From the NCBI GenBank assembly GCA_002269645.1, contig NIVC01000356.1, positions 558,001 to 622,000 of the forward strand: a stretch of 64,000 bases of DNA. The letters are read 5' to 3'. Below the pieces are notes generated by a model. That model made no database searches. It worked only from the letters and a program-made list of their open reading frames with translations, and had not been told where the DNA came from. Positions 56,659-64,000 of this stretch are shown here, piece after piece (position 1 is the stretch's first letter; every line of letters starts with the position of its first letter). A program made the translations under genes and the position numbers. Source of the DNA: Macrostomum lignano (lineage: Eukaryota).

Positions 56659-58798
56659 TCAAATTCTTTGCTCAACTTCGCCAGCTGTCGGCATCAACGC
56701 CACCCGATTCGAGGTGGCAACCAGCTGCACCGTTTCCACCGCGCCGTTTCCCGGCAGAGACGCCCGCGGCTGGGTCCGCAGGTGCTGCTGGGGCAGGCGG
56801 TAGACTCGGTGGCTGCCGTTCTGCGGCACCCGGAGCCAAGCCATCGGCGCCGCCTCCGCCGGCTGCTGCGGCCGTCTGGGACCAGCCCGGCCGCGGCGCT
56901 GATCGCGCAGGCAGCGGCCGCAGACGGCCCGACGGAATTCCCGCCGGAATCGAGCCCCGGACGCGCAGTAGAGATAGAAATTGACCACGTGATTGGTGTA
57001 CATCACCATCTCGGCGACAGCGTCGGCCAGGTGATAGCGGGCGATTCTGGCGTGATCGGCCGAGCCCGGCAGGTCGCCCAGGATGATTGACAGCTTGAGT
57101 ACGGCGATCGGCCCGGTGCACAGCAGGTAAGACGCGGAAATGACGATGAGCATCAGAGTCACCAGGCGGGTTGGAATCTTCGCGACTGCCGTTGTGGTTG
57201 CTGCGCCTCCTGCCTCAGCTGCGCGAGGTCCGACGACCGCTGACAGCAGGCTGGCGCTCCGGTCCTGCTGGCTGCCGCCGACGCCGCCGCCGCCACCGCC
57301 ACTCATGAGCGACTTGGCTCGCTTCACCTGCACAATCATGACGGTGTTCATGGCCAGGATCACGGTGAACGGGATGAGCAGGAAGGCCACGGTGTCGGTC
57401 CAGTACGCGGCGTAGCCCAGGCCCAACTCCGGGCGGAGGTCGCAGTCGCTGTAGTTGTAAGTCAGGCCGTCCTGCGGAATTAGGGTAGGTTAGGGTTGAG
57501 GAATTAAGGGTAGGTTAGGATTGAGGAATTAGGGTAAGTTAGGGTTTAGGAATTAAGGGTAGGTTAGGATTGAGGAATTAAGGGTAGGTTAGGATTGAGG
57601 AATTAAGGGTAGGTTAGGGTTTAGGAATTAAGGGTAGGTTAGGATTGAGGAATTAAGGGTAGGTTAGGGTTTAGGAATTAAGGGTAGGTTAGGATTGAGG
57701 AATTAAGGGTAGGTTAGGATTGAGGAATTAAGGGTAGGTTAGGATTGAGGAATTAGGGTAGGTTAGAGTTTAGGAATTAGGGTAGGTTAGGGTTTAGGAA
57801 TTAGGGTAGGTTAGGGTTTAGGAATTAGGGTAGGTTAGGGTTGAGGAATTAAGAGTAGGTTAGGGTTGAGGAATTAAGGGTAGGTTAGGGTTGAGGAATT
57901 AGGGTAGGTTAGGATTGAGGAATTAGGGTAGGTTAGGGTTTAGGAATTAGGGTAGGTTAGGGTTTAGGAATTAGGGTAGGTTAGGGTTGAGGAATTAAGG
58001 GTAGGTTAGGGTTGAGGAATTAAGGGTAGGTTAGGATTGAGGAATTAAGGGTAGGTTAGGGTTGAGGAATTAGGGTAGGTTAGGATTGAGGAATTAGGGT
58101 AGGTTAGGGTTTAGGAATTAGGGTAGGTTAGGATTGGCCTGACAATGAGAAGGCGACAGGGCTAGGCTGTCCACTCCATGTGAGCGTGTAACTGTGTTAG
58201 TCTGCTCCAGAGCATTGGCGTGACTGCTCGCCTCCAAGCTGTCTGCGACTCAACTGCCCGAAGAGCCCCCTAAGTCCCCCACCGTGACATTGACGCTCTT
58301 TCTCGCCAAGCCCAGCGTCCACAGCCAGTGCGTGTTGAAGACGGCGTCCAGGCAGAAGATGGCGGCGATGCTCAGTTTGACTCGGCGCGACCTCACAGAG
58401 GCGGCGTTGGCCCGCAGCGGGCAGGCGATGACGCAGAATCGTTCGGTTGTCATGGCAACAATGAGCCACACGGAAGCGTAGCTGCAGCAGAACTGCGTAT
58501 AGAAAATCATCTTGCAGCTGACGGCGCTCCAGGTGTCCGGCCGAAAACCGAAGGCCTCCTTGAGCCATTTCCAGAGCAGGCCAGTCAGCAGCACGGCCTG
58601 GTCAGTGACGGCCAGCATGAGCAGGTACCGGTACACCGGAGTGCGACCGCAGCGACTCCGCAGCACGTGGATGCCGAGACAGTTGCCAACAGTGCCTACT
58701 AACAGGAGCAAAGGCGGCAGCCAGCACTTCACCTGCTTGCCAGCCCTGTAGGCTGGGAAATTGTCGTAGAAGTACTGCTCGTACGGGTAGATGTGCAT
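56659..58798 (-). CDS. Rhodopsin-class peptide-receptor-like GPCR, 2 exons (58798-~58283, 57471-56659), ~442 aa
   Basis: TM1 GTVGN, TM2 LAVTD, TM3 C..ERF, TM5 IPF, TM6 YLLCTGP, TM7 NHVVNFYLYC..RFRREF. The acceptor at 57472 is phase 0. The exact donor (ACG|GTGGGG) and the start codon are uncertain. Confidence 0.85.
57478..58135. repeat. 25-bp G-rich minisatellite containing TTAGGG (GGAATTAAGGGTAGGTTAGGGTTGA) in the GPCR intron
   Basis: Direct periodicity. Confidence 0.92.
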
Positions 58799-58929
58799 CC
58801 TGACCGGCTTCAGGTGGGTCTGCGGACAGTGTTCGGAATAGTGAAGATTTTTAGTGCTTTGACATCTTCCTCTTAAGCCTCTTAGATGCACATGTCCTGC
58901 ACATACAATGCACATGTTAGTGTCCCTTT

Positions 58930-59520
58930 CTGACGCTCATTTTGGCGTCTTTCTGACAGTTCAGTGTCTACCTGACACTTAATTCAGTGTCTACCTGACA
59001 CCTAATTTAGTGTCTACCTGACACTTAATTCAGTGTCTACCTGACACTTAATTCAGTGTCTACCTGACACTTATTTCAGTGTCTACCTGAAACTTAATTC
59101 AGTGTCTACCTGACACTCATTTCAGTGTCTCCCTGACACTCAGTTCAGTGTCTACCTGACCTTCATTTCAGTGTCTACCTGACACTTAATTCAGTGTCTA
59201 CCTGACCTTCATTTCAGTGTCTACCTGACACTCATTTTAGTGTCTACCTGACCTTCATTTCAGTGTCTACCTGACACTCATTTCAGTGTCTCCCTGACAC
59301 TCAGTTCAGTGTCTACCTGACCTTCATTTCAGTGTCTACCTGACACTCATTTCAGTGTCTACCTGACACTCATTTCAGTGTCTACCTGACACTCATTTCA
59401 GTGTCTACCTGACACTTAATTCAGTGTCTACCTGACACTCATTTCAGTGTCTACCTGACACTCATTTTAGTGTTTTCCGAACACTCCTTCTAGCGCCTTC
59501 CTGACACTCATTTCAGTGTC
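58930..59520. repeat. 23-bp minisatellite (GTGTCTACCTGACACTCATTTCA) upstream of the GPCR
   Basis: Direct periodicity. Confidence 0.92.
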
Positions 59521-60011
59521 TCATTTTTGAATTTCGGAGCCTGTCTAAAAGCCGCTTATCTGATGAGGGCACGGCAGAACACATCAGAAGAGTCACAAAA
59601 GTCAGGCCAAGAGTAGAATTCAAGCAAGAGCTGCAGGCATCCCGTGAAGCACAATTCACTTCACAATTCAGATCAGCCAAGCAAATATGAGAATCTTCAG
59701 CCTCCACATCTCTTTAAAATAAAATTCCTGAAACAGTGTTTCTCCCCACTTGCCTAAGGCAGATTGGAATCGTTTAGAAAGAGGATTAACGATTATAACA
59801 GGGCTAACCTGGGGTATAATCCGTTCGAATTCCCAGGCACGCTAATTCTTTTTCAAATTTTTTTTTTAAACAAAAATATAATTCTGCCTTCTAACGACCT
59901 TTCAAGTTCCTAAATTCTTTCGCGCTCACTGACTGATGGCTGATAAGTAAAAGAGCTGGCAAAATATTGAATTTTTACTGCTCCTAGAGTACTCGGCAGC
60001 CTTCTATGATC

Positions 60012-61930
60012 CTTCCGACTTCCCATTCCAATCCTTCTGAGCTCCCATTCCAATCCTTCTGAGTTCCCATTGCAGTCCTTCGGACTTCCCATTCCAATCC
60101 TTCCGACTTGCCATTCCAATTCCTCAGACTTCCCATTCCAATCCCTCAGACTTCCCATTCCAATCCCTCAGACTTCCCATTCCAATCCCTCAGACTTCCC
60201 ATTCCAATCCCTCAGACTTCCCATTCCAATCCCTCAGACTTCCAATTCCAATCCCTCAGACTTCCCATTCCAATCCCTCAGACTTCCCATTCCAATCCCT
60301 CAGACTTCCCATTCCAATCCCTCAGACTTCCCATTCCAATCCCTCAGACTTCCCATTCCAATCCCTCAGACTTCCCATTCCAATCCCTCAGACTTCCCAT
60401 TCCAATCCCTCAGACTTCCCATTCCAATCCCTCAGACTTCCCATTCCAATCCCTCAGACTTCCCATTCCAATCCCTCAGACTTCGCATTCCAATCCTTCT
60501 GGGTTCCCATTCTAATCCTTCCGACTTCCCATTCCAATCCCTCAGACTTCCAATTCCAATCCCTCAGACTTCCCATTCCAATCCCTCAGACTTCCCATTC
60601 CAATCCCTCCGACTTCCCATTCCAATCCCTCAGACTTCCCATTCCAATCCTTCCGACTTCCCATTCCAATCCTTCCGACTTCCCATTCCAATCTCTCAGA
60701 CTTCCCATTCCAATCCTTCCGACTTCCCATTCCAATCCTTCCGACTTCCCATTCCAATCTCTCAGACTTCCCATTCCAATCCTTCCGACTTCCCATTCCA
60801 ATCCTTCCGACTTCCCATTCCAATCTCTCAGACTTCCCATTCCAATCCTTCCGACTTCCCATTCCAATCCTTCCGACTTCCCATTCCAATCTCTCAGACT
60901 TCCCATTCCAATCCTTCTGAGTTCTCATTCCAATCTTTTTGACTTCCCATTCCAATCCTTCCGACTCCCCATTCCAATCTCTCAGACTTCCCATTCCAAT
61001 CCCTCAGACTTCCCATTCCAATCCCTCAGACTTCCCATTCCAATCCCTCAGACTTCCCATTCCAATCCCTCAGACTTCCCATTCCAATCCCTCAGACTTC
61101 CCATTCCAATCCCTCAGACTTCCCATTCCAATCCCTCAGACTTCCCATTCCAATCCCTCAGACTTCCCATTCCAATCCCTCAGACTTCCAATTCCAATCC
61201 CTCAGACTTCCCATTCCAATCCCTCAGACTTCCCATTCCAATCCCTCAGACTTCCCATTCCAATCCCTCAGACTTCCCATTCCAATCCCTCAGACTTCGC
61301 ATTCCAATCCTTCTGGGTTCCCATTCTAATCCTTCCGACTTCCCATTCCAATCCCTCAGACTTCCAATTCCAATTCCTCAGACTTCCCATTCCAATCCCT
61401 CAGACTTCCCATTCCAATCCCTCCGACTTCCCATTCCAATCCCTCAGACTTCCCATTCCAATCCTTCCGACTTCCCATTCCAATCCTTCCGACTTCCCAT
61501 TCCAATCTCTCAGACTTCCCATTCCAATCCTTCCGACTTCCCATTCCAATCCTTCCGACTTCCCATTCCAATCTCTCAGACTTCCCATTCCAATCCTTCC
61601 GACTTCCCATTCCAATCTCTCAGACTTCCCATTCCAATCCTTCCGACTTCCCATTCCAATCCTTCCGACTTCCCATTCCAATCTCTCAGACTTCCCATTC
61701 CAATCCTTCTGAGTTCTCATTCCAATCTTTTTGACTTCCCATTCCAATCCTTCCGACTCCCCATTCCAATCTCTCAGACTTCCCATTCCAATCCTTCCGA
61801 CTTCCCATTCCAATCCTTCCGACTTCCCATTCCAATTCTTTCAACTTCCCATTCCAATCCTTCTGAGTTCCCATTCCAATCCTTCCGACTTCTCATTCCA
61901 ATCCTTCCAACTTCCCATTTCAATCCCTCC
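60012..61930. repeat. 22-bp minisatellite (TCCAATCCCTCAGACTTCCCAT), ~1.9 kb, with a duplicated ~36-37-unit block
   Basis: Direct periodicity; marker variants recur at 814- and 792-bp offsets. Confidence 0.95.
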
Positions 61931-62994
61931 GACTCAGTCGGATCAGTTTTCCTTTCAACTTCCTATTCCAAACCTTCAAAGTTCCAGATAAGCTGAGGCC
62001 CCCGAATCCTTTTGCATTTCTTCTCACTTTTCCTGAGTTTTTCCGCATTCTCAGGGTATCGAAAAATCTTCACAAAGGCGGCAGACGCAGTCAGTGGCGC
62101 AGCGGGTTGGTATCATATATCTCTGATATCCTGATTGCGTGCCAGGCTAAGAGACCACCCAGTGCGTGTGGGAGATGCTCAATTATGATAACCGGGGTGC
62201 CCCGGGTTCATTCTCTAAGCTCCAGTAAGATTGAAGGGTATAAAAGCACTTTTTTTAAAGAACAGGTCTTTTACAAAGTCATTTATCTGTTGGACAGCAA
62301 GGGGTCTCCAAAAAGCAGCGACAATCACTCCAATGGATAATATTAATATCTCATAAAAAGACCCATAAAACGGATGTAGTTTTAAATGGATAGATCTATA
62401 TTTTAGCTTCATTAAGTTATACGAGCTAATCGTACAGACGTATGGTTTTGACTATGAATTCTAAAAAAAATCATCAAAGTCCCACCTGAGAAAGCCATCT
62501 GGACTGCTGTACAACATATGAGCCAAGGACTACTTAGGTAGAAGGACGGCAACCCCATCCCGTGATGAATTTTTTAATTCCTTTTTCTTGTTTCAGAAAA
62601 AAATTTTAATCCCACAAAAGTCATTTAGAACTCAAAAAAAGTTTTATACTCGTGCCCTAGCTTAATATCTTTGAAAATATTATTTTTGGTCAGTCTGGTT
62701 TCCGGTCTGAGGACTTTGCCAACTAAGGAAACCCTGGCTTATAAAATGGTAATTGTCTGGAGGAAAGTTGCACCGTGGTTTTTACACCGTTTTCGAACTA
62801 TTTTGTTTTAATTGAGAGTGAGGGGGTTACCAGCAACTTGCTCTGGCCAATCAGCACCGAACACGTGGCACAGATAAAACTGGGGGGGGGGTACAACCGG
62901 ACGCCAGTCACAACAGCAAACGCTATGAAAAACTGGGGTCGGGGTATAGCCAGCCGCTGATAGCGCGGCGTGGGGTGCTTGCCACAGGCCCTGT

Positions 62995-63430
62995 GTTTGG
63001 GGTGGGTGTCGGTGTGCGTCTGTCTGGGGGGTGGGTGTCGGTGTGCGTCTGTCTGGGGGGTGGGTGTCGGTGTGCGTCTGTCTGGGGGTGGGTGCCGGTG
63101 TGCGTCTGTCTGGGGGGGTGGGTGCCTGTGTGCGTCTGTCTAGGGGTTGGGTGCCGGTGTGCGTCTGTCTGGGGGGTGGGTGCCTGTGTGCGTCTGTCTA
63201 GGGGTTGGGTGCCGGTGTGCGTCTGTCTGGGGGGTGGGTGTCTTGGGGTGGGTGGGTGCCTGTGTGCGTCTGTCTAGGGGGTGGGTGCCTGTGTGCGTCT
63301 GTCTAGGGGGTGGGTGCCTGTGTGCGTCTGTTTAGGGGGTGGGTGCCAGTGTGCGTCTGTCTAGGGGGTGGGTGCCAGTGTGCGTCTGTCTAGGGGGTGG
63401 GTGCCTGTGTGCGTCTGTCTGGCGGGGGGG
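62995..63430. repeat. ~29-bp G-rich minisatellite (GGGGGTGGGTGCCTGTGTGCGTCTGTCTA)
   Basis: Direct periodicity. Confidence 0.9.
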
Positions 63431-64000
63431 TGCCTTTTTAGCCCCTGTGTTGTGCCCGCCTCGCCTTGTCTCGCTTCGCTGGCTTAAGTGCGTTTTTTTA
63501 CTCTGCTTTTAACCCCCCTTTACTCGCCATCACAACTACTAGTTTTTTTCGCTTCATTGGCCTGTCGCTTATATTCGCAAATATAATAGCGTTATATACA
63601 ATGCGTATCCATACAGGACAGTAAAACGTTTTTTGTGCGCCTGCAATTGCTGTCTCTCTTCCTCCTCCCTCCGACCTAAAAAACAAAAACACATTCTGCT
63701 ACAGAAAAAGAGTAGATAAGCACATTTCTGTTAGTGACACAACTAGTTAGTCTATAGTATCGCTAGTGGCCTCATCCCAGACAGCCAGGAGGACAAGGGT
63801 TAACCAACCGGAGCTGGCCCTGCTCAATCCAGGCAATGCAAATTCACTAAATAAAGAAAATCCATTAACCAAACCCTTGACTTGGCCACCTGCTCTAGGA
63901 GGGGTCTCTCGTAATCAGGATTATTTTGCATCTCTCCGAGAAAGTCTATAGCATTGCTCATCAGCTTGTAATTCCTTCTATAGACTTCGGTGAATTTCCG

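Noticed and set aside
59513-59707. Upstream coding exon of the GPCR
   Set aside because: No convincing phase-0 donor, and the ORF starts at GTG; left unmodelled.

Overview
Eukaryotic (animal) genomic DNA: GC-rich exons, GT-AG introns, AT-rich spacers and a very high load of 15-70 bp minisatellites. The style resembles the flatworm Macrostomum, but that identification is inference only. Host genes reconstructed by hand with phase-consistent splice sites: CEP164 (minus strand, 3 exons), an intronless secreted PAN-like/LamG protein, a divergent p55-type MAGUK (4 exons), CEP192 (6 exons) and a rhodopsin-class peptide GPCR (2 exons). Mobile elements: a 9.0-kb CACTA/EnSpm element with TIRs and a 2-bp TSD inside CEP192 intron 4; a full-length 5.9-kb LOA/Lian-clade LINE with a 12-bp TSD; a rearranged RTE-like fragment; an internally deleted Tc1; several MITEs with 8-bp TSDs; tRNA-derived SINE-like sequences. 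Most notable: (1) MITEs with two different sets of termini carry a ~65-bp piece of 28S rRNA (helix 69 / R2 target region) altered right at the R2 cleavage site; (2) an HDV-like ribozyme fold begins one base inside the TSD-defined 5' end of the LINE; (3) minisatellites duplicate splice donors or a stop codon in frame; (4) the CACTA element has a three-ORF layout with a BEN-like domain. All alignments and structures were done by eye, without database searches.
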